Shown: positions 53,201 to 63,880 of the stretch, piece by piece
Numbering within the stretch: position 1 is the first letter of the stretch
Layout of the letters: every line of letters starts with the position of its first letter
NCBI GenBank assembly: GCA_963663805.2
Contig: CAXXMR010000009.1
Location: forward strand, 416,001-480,000
Reading direction: 5' to 3'
From: Sedimentisphaerales bacterium
GTDB taxonomy: Bacteria; Planctomycetota; Phycisphaerae; Sedimentisphaerales; SM23-30
DNA: 64,000 bases
Made by a program: the position numbers and the translations under genes
The notes under the pieces: model-generated
Told to the model about the DNA's origin: nothing
Database searches by the model: none
Seen by the model: only the letters and a program-made list of their open reading frames with translations

Positions 53201-56200
53201 TGTACAAAAACCATATCGCCCTGAGTCTCGTTCTCAATCTCATATATCATGTTGTTGGCGATGACGTGCAGCACGGAAACGGAGTTTTTACCGCTAATAT
53301 CGATGCGATGTGCGTTTTCGCCGATAACATCGACTACGCCGATTTCCACGTCGCCGCCGATGCTTTCGATTTTAACGCCGTCGGTCGATTCTATTCTGGA
53401 AATCGCGTAACCCAGAATGGTTTCACCCGTATCAAAACTGAATTGATAGTCTTCCAACAGAACATCTCTTACCGGCAATACCGTAATGCTGAGTACGCCG
53501 CCTTCGCTGGTCGTATCTTCGTCGGTTGTGTCACTGGTGGTAGTATCCAGGAATATATCATCAACCGTACTTTCGCCGCTGTAACCGGGGCTTATTTTGA
53601 CCAGTGCGCCTGAGTCATCGATAATTGTTACCGACTGACCCGGCTCAAATGTGAACGGACCAAAGCCGCCGCCGTTATGCGACCCACCCAGCGAAGTCAT
53701 AATCGCCCCGTCTATCTGTACATAACGGACATTACCGCCCCGACCGCCCACACTGACAGGTACTTCCCACGCCTGGTAGGTATTATCGCCCACAAAGTTA
53801 CGGCCAAAATCGCCGCCAACCAAAATGCAGTCGATTACTCCCGAATCACCCTCGCCGTCAGCATTAGCGAAAATACCCGGCGGGAAGGGCAGAGAGCTGG
53901 TACTCCAGCCAGTCCAGTATGTCCCGTTTTCATCCTGGATATTAGGCCCGTAATCACCGTAAACCTCAAATACACCAATATTGCCGTCAGCAGCCACCAG
54001 GCCCGCGAAATTAGCATCCATGCGTATCAACTGAAGGTCGCCGCCCGCCTTGACATTCACACCGCTATCGACAATAGAAGTTACCGCACCGATATTACCG
54101 CCCGCTTCAATCAGGGGATGAGGAATCCAAGGGGTGCCAACGTCGTCTATTTCCCAGTTGAATCCGACAGGTACTTCACCGCCGAAGCCCGCTCGTACTG
54201 CTGCTATATCACCGGTATTAACGCGAATATCTGCACCGCGAATAATTCCATTAACGCTCAGGGCGCCCATATTGCCGTTCATTACCTGAACGCTGGAAGC
54301 CAGGTCGTCGAAATTGGCGTAGGAATAACGCATGTCGCCTTCGATATTGCCGCCACCCAGAGTTGTTTTTGAGACGCCCTCGATTTCCAGACGATAACCG
54401 TAAATACCAATATCAAACTCTTCGATACTTATAGTATAGATACCCGCTTCCTCAGCCGTGAAGGTCAGCTTCATATCTGAGAGATTGTCGATTTCCGCCT
54501 CACCGCCTCGACCGACTATCCGCAAATTCGGGTCATAAAGAAGCATATCATCCGTATTGATCGTAGTTAGCGAGTCCGGGTTATCAGGATGACCCGTTAC
54601 CCAGCTTGAGGTCGAGTTACTGCCCAGCAGGCCGGTGTAATACATGGTTATTTCGATAGTCTGGCCCGCCATTACGCCGAAACTATAGCAGTCAGCTATA
54701 TCTTCGTAGCCTTCCCATTCGATATTGCCGAACAGAACTATTTTATCATCGACCGTCCCCAGATATTCAGCCTGCTGGGGTGTATCGTTGACCATGATAT
54801 AACCACCATCGGTATCCAGCGAGCCCCAGGGGAAATACGAAAAATCATTGATGGTCATATCCGTTTTGCGTTCAATTTCACGCTGGCCGGGCACGTACAG
54901 ACCGGAGTAAACATCCAGAACGCCGGGCCAGCTCGGAGCGTCCGAACGACCCTGCACCCGAATGGGCAGGCCCCAGTCGCCCAGGCAATGGAAGTTACTC
55001 AGCTCGCCGCCGATATTCATTATCGCGTTATCTGCTGGCCGCCACGAATTATCACTTTCAGCGATACCGCCGGCCTGAGTGCCGACGATGATAGTACCTA
55101 CATCGCCGTCAACATCAATGCGATTCGTACCCAGATAGCCCGCGTACAGCTTGCCGATGCTGCCGTGAATTATAATATCACCAAAAATCCCGCCCCCGAC
55201 CTGAATCAAACCAATATCCTGCGGATTACGCGCATCATCGGTAGCTACGACAATACCCGGCCGGAAATCACCACCCGGATAAACACCCATTACACCCGGA
55301 TCATCGGCGATAGAGTCTGAATCGAAAAACGTCTCAGGCCACCAGATTATGTCATCTTCGCCCGGTTTGGTATATGGCACAGTGCCAATCATTACCCCGC
55401 CGGCCTCGTCAGGTGTGGTAACATCCGAGTCGTCGTCATCGACATACAGAAATGCCGCTTCGCCACCTTGGGGCTGATAAGTAATGCCGCTATCATCAAC
55501 AGTATAAGATGTCATCGTAATGTAAATATCAGCGTAACTCGATGATATATACATCAAATAAACATCGCTCACCCCGCCCTCAAAAACAATATCGCCGTCA
55601 TCGCTGGTCAAACTCAGATTGTTGACAACCACATTCCAAAAATCGTTATCATCATTCCACCAACCGTAATCATCATCGCTGGCATAGCCCTGACTAAGAA
55701 CGCGGTCAAAAGACAAAGCCTCCATCGCATTGTTTTCGATCGTGGTAATTTCTGTAAGTTCACCCGTCCCCAGATTTACCACCACCAGAGTTGTGCTGTC
55801 ATCCACATCACTTCTACCGACCGGGTCATCGCCGACATATTGCGTAGCAAACAGATGTATGTCACCGTTTACATCCGGGGCAAACATCGCACCGGTAATA
55901 ACCACATCCTCGTCAACCTCAGTCACCGTACGCATCACAACATTGACTTCCGCCGAGGTCGTACTGGGCTCTACCGAAATGCTCGTAAAGCGATGCTGGT
56001 CGCTGGCGTCATAACCAATGAACACCGGACGTGTGCCGTTGTTACCGGCATTGTCCTCTGCCCCAACGCCGTTGTCGTACTGACTGTAAACGATAGTCAG
56101 CGTGTCTGTATTCAGATCGAGATCGTCTTCGGTCAGGGCAAGTCCACTTACTCCGACCTGACTATACGAATAATCCGGGATTCCAAAAGCGTTACGACCT

Positions 56201-56977
56201 ACCGCGGTAACCTCAGCTACCCCATCGCCATCGTCGGTGGTATCGATGGTAATCAGTACTTCACCATAAGTGATAGGCTCGCCGTCCGCCCCAAAATCAG
56301 TAGCACCGGTAACCACCGCGTAAAGCAAGCCGCTCACCGGGTCAAAATCCGCCGCCTCAAAACTTGTGAAAGTAACTTCACCCGACTCTGCCAGGCTGCC
56401 CCGATAGGCATCGGTGTCAATCACATCGCCAATACGCACCACGCTGTTGCTCAATCCCTGATTGAGACGGCCTGGATAAATCCGATATAGCACCCCCGTG
56501 GTGCTGATACCATAGGTCTCACTGCTTGCATTTGTCGCCAGGGCATGGAAATCACGATTAGTGTCGCCTACTTCCGTAAATACAGAAGCACCGCTCGGAC
56601 CGCCATATAGCGACTGGAAAGTAATATTACCATTGGCGTCTTCATAGTAGTAATTGCCGGAAATATTCCCGCCCACGAAGTTCAATACCTCGACCTGCAC
56701 ATCCTGACTGGCCGGCATGCCCGAAAGCGTGCCAACCCGTATCTCATTGTAGGTGCTGGTGTCACTGCCCGGCTCATTCTCTTCGGCGTCGGCATATTCA
56801 AGCCACGCCTCCACACTGCCTTCCGGCAGGGTAATCGTCGTCAGCAGAAGACGATTTTCCAGAGGCTCAATTTGTAGTTGAGACTTCTGCGGTGAGTTAG
56901 GTTGGCGTTTGCTCAACCTGTCAAAGACCTTGGCAATGCTATTAATACGACGACTTCTGCGGAAAAAAACGGTTCAA
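44259..56977 (-). CDS. giant (~4,200 aa) LEPRxLL-type extracellular protein with PPC-like domains, Gly/Asp/Ile-rich beta repeats and a C-terminal metzincin motif; many single-base frameshifts
   Basis: RBS AAGGAGG + TTG at 56977; N-terminal basic stretch then IEPLENRLLL. Consecutive minus-strand ORFs of similar composition join end to end at homopolymers. The last ORF has LVYLNFNGG...AHELGHILGLEH...NLMGY. Confidence 0.8.
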
Positions 56978-57172
56978 GGCAGCCTCCTTGAAAAACAGGT
57001 TGGTGTCATTAGGTCCTTATATGGCATGTAGTTACCACTAATTCTGGGCAAGTTATCCAGCGGGCCGGCCCCTTTTTTTCGAGGTCCCGCCAGTTCCGGC
57101 AACGGCCCGCCCGGTCCGCCGCCAAGCCTATGCTCTTAAAAATAAAGCACTTAGCTTGTGTTCAGGTCCCAC

Positions 57173-57201
57173 ATTCTCACCCAAGCCACCTGACCTGTCA
57201 A
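57173..57201 (-). promoter_or_regulatory. sigma70-type promoter of the giant gene
   Basis: TTGACA-17 nt-GAGAAT, about 190 nt upstream of the inferred start. Confidence 0.55.
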
Positions 57202-57325
57202 CAAAAAAAAGCCCCCTATCAATACTGGAAAAGGCCGTACCAAAAAAAACGGACTCAGGATAAAAAATCCCAAGTCCGTCAATTTGTCGCAAAATTTAAT
57301 CTAAGGGCAACTCCTTGCCGCTAAA

Positions 57326-57958
57326 CTAATTAAGCAGTTCCTTAGCAATGTCTACCGCGCTGGCAGCATCAGCGGCATAGCCGTTGGCGCCAATTTTATC
57401 GCAGTATTCCTGAGTCACAGGCGCGCCGCCAATCATGATTTTCGTAACAACGCCGGCCTCCTTAAAAGCCGCCACGGTTTTTTCCATCATGGGCATGGTC
57501 GTGGTCAATAGTGCTGAAAGGCCGACCACCTGGGCTTTATTAGTTTTGGCGGCATCAATGAATTTTTCCGGGTTAGCGTCGGTGCCAATGTCAATCACAT
57601 TGAAACCGGCACCCTTGAGCATCATTGCCACCAGGTTCTTGCCGATGTCATGCAAATCGCCCTGGACCGTGCCGATGACAACTGTACCCAGAGGCTCAAC
57701 GCCAGCTTCCACCAGCTTCGGCTCCAGAATTTCCATCGCCATCTTCATCGCGCGGGCAGCGATAAGTACTTCAGGTACATAAACTTCGTTCTTCTTGAAC
57801 GCCGCGCCAATAACATTCATGCCCGCGATAAGGCCGTTATTGAGAACCTCTTCCGGGTTCATCCCTTCATCCAGAGCCTTGGAGGTAATCTCCTTGGCCG
57901 TGTTCTGGTCACCCTTGATGACCGCATTTTTTAGTGCTTCCAAGTCCGCCATTTGCAA
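57326..57958 (-). CDS. corrinoid (B12-binding) methyltransferase protein, MtaC/MtbC-like
   Basis: Cap domain (LIAGMNVIG..F...EVYVPEVL) plus GDLHDIGKNLV, LSALLTTT, IGGAP. Confidence 0.92.
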   Translation of the reverse strand: MQMADLEALKNAVIKGDQNTAKEITSKALDEGMNPEEVLNNGLIAGMNVIGAAFKKNEVYVPEVLIAARAMKMAMEILEPKLVEAGVEPLGTVVIGTVQGDLHDIGKNLVAMMLKGAGFNVIDIGTDANPEKFIDAAKTNKAQVVGLSALLTTTMPMMEKTVAAFKEAGVVTKIMIGGAPVTQEYCDKIGANGYAADAASAVDIAKELLN

Positions 57959-58219
57959 ATCCTCATATAGCTGGCAACAGTTATTGAAGTATGGCTGAGC
58001 CAGCTATATCAGCCTACCACTAACTGTAAACAGGAGACCTCGCAATTTCCTGTTAAAAACGCTAAAAGTATAAATAGCATACTATCAAATCACTGACAAG
58101 TATTTTATTAAAAAATCAGCCTTTTGTAAACTATTTTTAATTAAGCAGTTAGCGGATTTGTAATATTTATGCTAAATGGCAGATATGTGTCATCAATTTA
58201 GCTGATAAGTGTAATTGTA

Positions 58220-59551
58220 TTAGTCGAAATCATGCAAATAAACCAGGTCGCGAAAATTCTTAACAGTGTGGAAAGTTACGATATTGCCGTCGTGGGCGCT
58301 CTTGGCCTGCTCGTCACCGGAGCGGCTGAGTACGTGAATATCATCACCATCGATAATCATGCTCGCATAATGACGAGAGGCCTGTTCAACCGGACCGACA
58401 GCAACCAGGCCAGCGAAGCACCAATCCACCATATTTTTGGAAAAATGCAGTTGGAGACGACGGCGTTCGTTGTTGGGCAGATTATAGCGGTTCGAAGGCA
58501 GCTTTTCGGCGCGAGTCATGCTGTCGGTGGCCTGAGTACTCAGCAGCCAATATAGTTTAGTTGGTTCATCATATAATAGGTGGAAACGCATCTGACCGCC
58601 CGGCATGGGTAGAAACGCCATTTTTTTGCCAGAAGGCACGGTTTCGAGCATGGTTTTCATGGTTCCGTCGGTCATTTCGACGACCTTGGCCATGCACGCG
58701 TAGCCGGTTCCGCCGGTATGGGCCCGCATGAACATGTGTAATGTTCTGCCAGCGGGGTCGTACCAGTAATGGTCGGGGTCCATAATCTGGACAATATTTG
58801 TTTCCAGCCAGCCTATGGCTGAACAGCCGCGGCCGGGGTAGATATTCTGGCTTTCAGGGTAGAATACGTTGAAGAACGGTACACCGAAGAATTCCAGGTC
58901 TTTGTCCTTTACAGCGTCACAGAAGGCTAATTCTGAGGCAAAAGTCCAGTTTTCTCGTTTGGTCAAATCACCATTAACGTTAGCCCGCATGGTAACTGGG
59001 GCCAATTCGCTGACCTTCCAGCCTTTTTTCATGTCCTGCTCGGTACGACGTTCGAGTACGAGATAGACGTAATCGCCTTTGTACCAGACGTTCATGGCCG
59101 AGCCGTGCCAGGTTTGCCCCTGAGTGAGTTTGACGGTTTCTCCCCAGGTTTCGCCCCAGTCGTCCGAAGGCATAATTACAACATCGCCCTGATGGCCCAG
59201 GAAATAAAGCCGTTCGCCAGCGACAAAACAACGGAAGTGCGTCATACTAAAGTTTTTACGATAAATAAAAGTTTGGCCGTGGTCGTCGGAAGTGTAGACG
59301 AAAGACTTGCCGGAGCCTTTCTCAGCCTTGACTGTCCCTGCTTTTTTGCCGCCCAAACCGAAGGATGCTATGATTCGGCCGTTGGGGCAGAGGCAGAGGC
59401 CGGGGTCGTAACAATATATGTTCTGTGGGTCGGACGTTCGATAGAGTACTTTGCAGTCATTGGCCAGGGGGGTGATTTTGGGTTGGGCAAAAGAGGTGTT
59501 TGCTAAGATGCCCAAAGATAAAGCTAGTGTCAGTAATGATTTAATTCGCAT
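58220..59551 (-). CDS. secreted BNR/Asp-box (sialidase-like beta-propeller) protein
   Basis: Signal peptide; YTSDDHGQTF, PSDDWGETW, FSKNMVDW. Confidence 0.75.
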   Translation of the reverse strand: MRIKSLLTLALSLGILANTSFAQPKITPLANDCKVLYRTSDPQNIYCYDPGLCLCPNGRIIASFGLGGKKAGTVKAEKGSGKSFVYTSDDHGQTFIYRKNFSMTHFRCFVAGERLYFLGHQGDVVIMPSDDWGETWGETVKLTQGQTWHGSAMNVWYKGDYVYLVLERRTEQDMKKGWKVSELAPVTMRANVNGDLTKRENWTFASELAFCDAVKDKDLEFFGVPFFNVFYPESQNIYPGRGCSAIGWLETNIVQIMDPDHYWYDPAGRTLHMFMRAHTGGTGYACMAKVVEMTDGTMKTMLETVPSGKKMAFLPMPGGQMRFHLLYDEPTKLYWLLSTQATDSMTRAEKLPSNRYNLPNNERRRLQLHFSKNMVDWCFAGLVAVGPVEQASRHYASMIIDGDDIHVLSRSGDEQAKSAHDGNIVTFHTVKNFRDLVYLHDFD

Positions 59552-60159
59552 TGTGTGCCTCCAGTTAAAAACAGAAATTTCACTAACATGTTACGACTGC
59601 TGAGTATTGTAGCAGGATAGTAAACGATTGCAATAATTTTTGTGTGCTTAAATTGAAAATTTTGGATGACTTGGGGGGAATTGTGGTTTGTAAGTGCTTG
59701 TTTTGTGTGGGAGTGATGGTTGTAAGTGCTTATTTTTGTGAGCGCTAAGGTTACTTTGGGGACGCGAGTGCGGCTTAAAACTGGTTTTTCGGGTGGGGGG
59801 GTCTCCTTAATGCGCAATTTGAAAGGGGCCAAATCAGCGCGATTGGGGATTTTTTGGGGGGTAAAAAGAGTATTTGGGGCAGGGAGGGGGTGAGTTTGGG
59901 TGTGAATATGCCTGTTTGGGGCATTATTGCGCGGGCAAAGTTGTGTTTGCGGTGGGGGTTTTCGGCGCGGTTTGGACTGAAGTGACCGGTTTTTGACGAT
60001 TTTTTCTGGGAAATACCAGGTTTTTGTTGGGTTTTATGGACAGAGTGGACAAAACTGGACAGGCTGGACTATCGGGGCGGATTTTTGTGGTTTATTCAGG
60101 CGCTGGCGTTTTGGGCTACTGTTGGTGGTTGGGTTAGGTATGATGGTTGGTGGTTTTAT

Positions 60160-60283
60160 TCGGTCGCTTACGCGGCTCGGTTCCTGTTGTTGGTGGTCGT
60201 ATCCGGCTGCTTACGCAGCTCGATTCCTGTTTGGGCAACACGCCCAAGAGGCACGAGGCAAGAGTTTTACGGCAACGGCAAAG
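60160..60283 (+). repeat. two REP-like palindromes + heptamer unit
   Basis: CGGTCGCTTACGCGGCTCGGTTCCTGTT and CCGGCTGCTTACGCAGCTCGATTCCTGTT, then GAGGCACGAGGCAAGAG...ACGGCAACGGC. Confidence 0.7.
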
Positions 60284-60369
60284 AATTTTAGGTGGGATGA
60301 CAGGATTTTTTGAGTTAACGACTGGCAGCGACGGCGGAATAGATTGACGGCTGGACGGCGGGTAATGTT

Positions 60370-60398
60370 TTGACATGGCGGGGTGGATGTGGTATTGT
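60370..60398 (+). promoter_or_regulatory. sigma70-type promoter of the GLUG gene
   Basis: TTGACA-17 nt-TATTGT with an extended TGn. Confidence 0.55.
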
Positions 60399-60475
60399 AT
60401 TAACATCCATAGGGGGTTTCGCCCTTTTTCGGATTTTTTGTTGGCAATGGTCGATTGGCTGGAAAGGGATGTATT

Positions 60476-63379
60476 GTGCGTAAGGGAGTTCTTTTAAGTT
60501 TGATTATCTTGTGGGCGGGTGCGTCCTGGGGCTGGGGTTTTGATGGTGATATGGGGGTTGATACTGAGCCGCTTACGGATGGGTCGGCGGATTATCCTTG
60601 GTTGATTGAGGATATTTCTGATTTTGATGAGTTTGCGGGTGACCCGGTGTATTGGGGGGCGGGGGTTTGTACCCGGCTGGAATGTAATATTGATCTGGCG
60701 GGGCGGGTTTATGACGGGGCGGTGATCGGGTCCTATGTTAATAAGTTTTACGGTGTTTTTGATGGCAATGATCATGTTGTTGCCAATATGTGTATTGGGA
60801 CGGTTGATGAGGATTTGTACGGCGGTGGTCTGTTTTACGATATAGTAAATGAGGCTGAGGTTAGGGGATTGGGGGTGGTGAATATAAATATTATGGGGAA
60901 TAATTTACATATTTGTGGTGGTTTATGCGCAAATAGTAGTGGTAAAATAGTCAATTGTTATACGACAGGTTTTATCATTGGAATCAGTCGTTTGGACATA
61001 GTAGGAGGGTTATGCAGTTATTGTGAAGGTGTTTGTATGAACTGCTATTCAACGTGTGATGTTATAGGAGGAGATGGATGCCGGAGTGTGGGTGGACTTT
61101 GTGGTGAGGCTCGCGAAGGAGTACCCGACAGTGGTACTTTTACGGAATGCTATACCGATGGTTTAGTTGAGTGCGGGAAGAATTCTTTAGAAATAGGCGG
61201 ATTGTGTGGTGTTGTTGACATGTGTGGTGATTTTCTGATCGTTTTCGCGGATTGCTATTCGACTTCAACAGTTAGTGCCGGAGCGGGATCAAGAGGAATT
61301 GGAGGTTTATGTGGATGGAATTGGTGTGGCACTATCACGGATTGTTATATGGCTGGTACGGTGAGCGCAACAAGTGATAGTGACGGCGGTGTTACTGAGC
61401 GAATAGGTGGTTTATGCGGGCATAATCACGGCGGTACTATTGAATATTGTCATATGGCAGGTATGGTTAGTGTGACAAATAATGGTGAGAGATCTGTTGC
61501 GATAGGAGGCTTGTGCGGCTATAATGATGTTGGCCGGATTATACATTGTCATGCCGCAGGTACGGTTAGTGTAGATGGCGAAGAAGCATCTTATGCGGTA
61601 GGTGGTTTATGTGGGGGTAATGAAAATTCAGAGATTTTATATTGTGGTTCAACCGCATCAGTTAATTGCGGTAATGGGGGGTGGAGGATTGGTGGTTTGT
61701 GTGGTTGGAGTTATTCTTCAAGTATTACGGAGTCATTCGCGAAGAGTAGTATAACGGTGTCAGATATTATGAGTCTTTGGGTTGGTGGTATTTGTGGTGA
61801 TGCAAACTGTAGCGAGATTCGTAATTGTTATTCTGATTCAATTTTTTATGTTGATATAGCATGTGGTGTAGGTGGTATTTGTGGTAATTTTGATGGTGGA
61901 GTTTTAGAGAATTGTTATTCGGCGGGTATTGAGATATATGAGGAACCTGATTCAAATGTTATGTATACAGCGTATCCGTCGGTGGAGGGTACCAATTGTT
62001 TTTGGGATGTTGGTATTGATGGTGAGGTGATTGAGAGCGGCGGTTCCTGGGGGCTTCCTACAGATCAGATGCAGATGAAGATTACTTATGTAGACGCTGG
62101 TTGGGATTTTACGGATGTTGACGGTGATCCGGCGAAGTGGGTTCTGAGGGAGGGTGGTTTTCCGCGGCTGAACTGGGAAGATGTAGAATTGTCGCCTAAG
62201 TATTCCGGCGGGTATGGTACGGCTGATTCGCCTTATCAGATTGCGACGAAACAGGATTTGCTGGATATGGCGGCGAATGTCGAAGATTATGGCCAACGTT
62301 TTGTGTTGACGGCTGACATTGATTTGGCGGGTGAGGTGTTCAGTACGGCCGTGATTGCGGCTGATACTGATAATACTAATGATGATGAAGATTTTGATGG
62401 TTATGAATTTAAGGGGGTGTTTGACGGGGGCGGTTATGCTATACGTAATCTTACGATCGATACCGGCGGGGCAGGTAATGATTTTCTGGGATTGTTTGGA
62501 AAGCTGGGTGGGCGATATGTAAAACTACTTAATCTCAGAGTGATAGATGGCAATATCAGCAGTGGTGACTATTGCTTTGGGGTGGGTTTGTTGTTTGGCA
62601 GTTATGGTGAATGGTACACTGGTTATTCTGAATACCGAGATAAGTTGATAGAAAATTGTTTTTCTTCAGGTGGTATTGTCTGTCGTGATTGGGCTTTCGG
62701 TGTTGGGGGGGTAGGCGGTTATTGCAGGAATGATGAAATGCCGATCTTAATTACAATTAGTAATTGTGGTTCATCCTGTTCGGTAATTGTAGGTGAAAAT
62801 TCTGATAGCTCCGGAGGGATTTTGGGATTTGGTGAAGGGTTTAACATTAGTAGCTGCTATGCTGTTGGTTCGGTAACTTCAGGGTATGGTTCAGATTACA
62901 CTGGTGGATTGTGTGGAGAATGCGGGTTAAGTTCGATTGGGAATTGTTATGCAAGCGGTCTGGTGTCTGGAGGAGATGAGGTTGGGGGTTTGGCAGGGTT
63001 TGCTGGTGATTGTCATAATTGTTTCTGGGATGTGGAGAGTAGTGGTATTGCTGATCCTGAGGCTGGTGGAGCTGATAGTGACGGGATGGTTGGTTTGAGT
63101 ACCGCTCAGATGCAGGTTGAGGGTACGTTTACCGCTGCTGGCTGGGATTTTAATGCTGAGGGTGAGAACGGTTTGGATGATATATGGCATATGCCTTATG
63201 GCGGTTCTGGTTATCCTCGGCTGTGGTTTGAGCGTGATATTCCGGGTGATTTTGTGGGTGGCTATGGGGTTGATATTGAAGATTTGGCTGGGGTGGCGGC
63301 AGGTTGGGGTGATGTTTATGGGATGGCTGATTTGGTTGTGATAGCGGAGTATTGGCTTGAGGGGTGCGTATCGCACTGA
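60476..63379 (+). CDS. GLUG-repeat extracellular protein, two modules, dockerin-like C-terminus
   Basis: Signal peptide; GSADYPWLI and GTADSPYQI module starts; more than 10 [VI]GG[LI]CG repeats; NCFWD...T.QMQ....AGWDF; tail PGDFVGGYGVDIEDLA...DLVVIAEYWL. Confidence 0.85.
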   Translation: MRKGVLLSLIILWAGASWGWGFDGDMGVDTEPLTDGSADYPWLIEDISDFDEFAGDPVYWGAGVCTRLECNIDLAGRVYDGAVIGSYVNKFYGVFDGNDHVVANMCIGTVDEDLYGGGLFYDIVNEAEVRGLGVVNINIMGNNLHICGGLCANSSGKIVNCYTTGFIIGISRLDIVGGLCSYCEGVCMNCYSTCDVIGGDGCRSVGGLCGEAREGVPDSGTFTECYTDGLVECGKNSLEIGGLCGVVDMCGDFLIVFADCYSTSTVSAGAGSRGIGGLCGWNWCGTITDCYMAGTVSATSDSDGGVTERIGGLCGHNHGGTIEYCHMAGMVSVTNNGERSVAIGGLCGYNDVGRIIHCHAAGTVSVDGEEASYAVGGLCGGNENSEILYCGSTASVNCGNGGWRIGGLCGWSYSSSITESFAKSSITVSDIMSLWVGGICGDANCSEIRNCYSDSIFYVDIACGVGGICGNFDGGVLENCYSAGIEIYEEPDSNVMYTAYPSVEGTNCFWDVGIDGEVIESGGSWGLPTDQMQMKITYVDAGWDFTDVDGDPAKWVLREGGFPRLNWEDVELSPKYSGGYGTADSPYQIATKQDLLDMAANVEDYGQRFVLTADIDLAGEVFSTAVIAADTDNTNDDEDFDGYEFKGVFDGGGYAIRNLTIDTGGAGNDFLGLFGKLGGRYVKLLNLRVIDGNISSGDYCFGVGLLFGSYGEWYTGYSEYRDKLIENCFSSGGIVCRDWAFGVGGVGGYCRNDEMPILITISNCGSSCSVIVGENSDSSGGILGFGEGFNISSCYAVGSVTSGYGSDYTGGLCGECGLSSIGNCYASGLVSGGDEVGGLAGFAGDCHNCFWDVESSGIADPEAGGADSDGMVGLSTAQMQVEGTFTAAGWDFNAEGENGLDDIWHMPYGGSGYPRLWFERDIPGDFVGGYGVDIEDLAGVAAGWGDVYGMADLVVIAEYWLEGCVSH

Positions 63380-63382
63380 TAG

Positions 63383-63585
63383 ATCGCCGCGGGCGTTTGT
63401 CGTATGGGGCGCTTCCGTTGGTCGCTTATGTGGTTGGCAATTATGTTATCCGGCTGCTTACGCGGGGCGGTTCCTGTTGGGGGCTGGGACTGAAAAAGAG
63501 ATTTTTAATAAGAAGGCATGAGGTTTAAGGCATGAGGCAGAAGTGAACGGCTAGGTTTCGACCTGCGGTCGAGGGTTTTTATTTT
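63383..63585 (+). repeat. composite intergenic repeat (three unit types)
   Basis: ATCGCCGCGGGCGTTTGT (also at ~15390), CCGGCTGCTTACGCGGGGCGGTTCCTGTTGG, AAGAAGGCATGAGG...GTGAACGGC. Confidence 0.7.
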
Positions 63586-63880
63586 CAAATATTATTAGCA
63601 TCGAAAGGGTAGAATTCTGTTTTGTGGAAGTATAAATGGGAAATGTGGGTGTAATGTCTCCAAAGATAATGAACAATTTCTTGGACTCTGTAGCATCTTT
63701 ACCGGCAACATAGCATTCCAGTCCTTTCTTCATGAAGTGTTGTTATAGTTCGTAAACGGCCTTGGGACTGCTCGTCACGCTGCATATCAATAGCCACCCG
63801 CTGGCTGATATTGGGTTGAGTTCGCACTCGATAGACACTCTTCTGCATTTTTCGATGGCGGCGACAGCCCCGTTCAACCG

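Noticed and set aside
57000..57130. c-di-GMP-I riboswitch upstream of the giant surface gene
   Set aside because: The GGCAAA...GAAA...GACGCAAA pattern is absent; kept only as an unclassified structured leader.
60476..63379. Diversity-generating retroelement target
   Set aside because: No reverse transcriptase and no template/variable repeat pair differing only at adenines was seen in the window.
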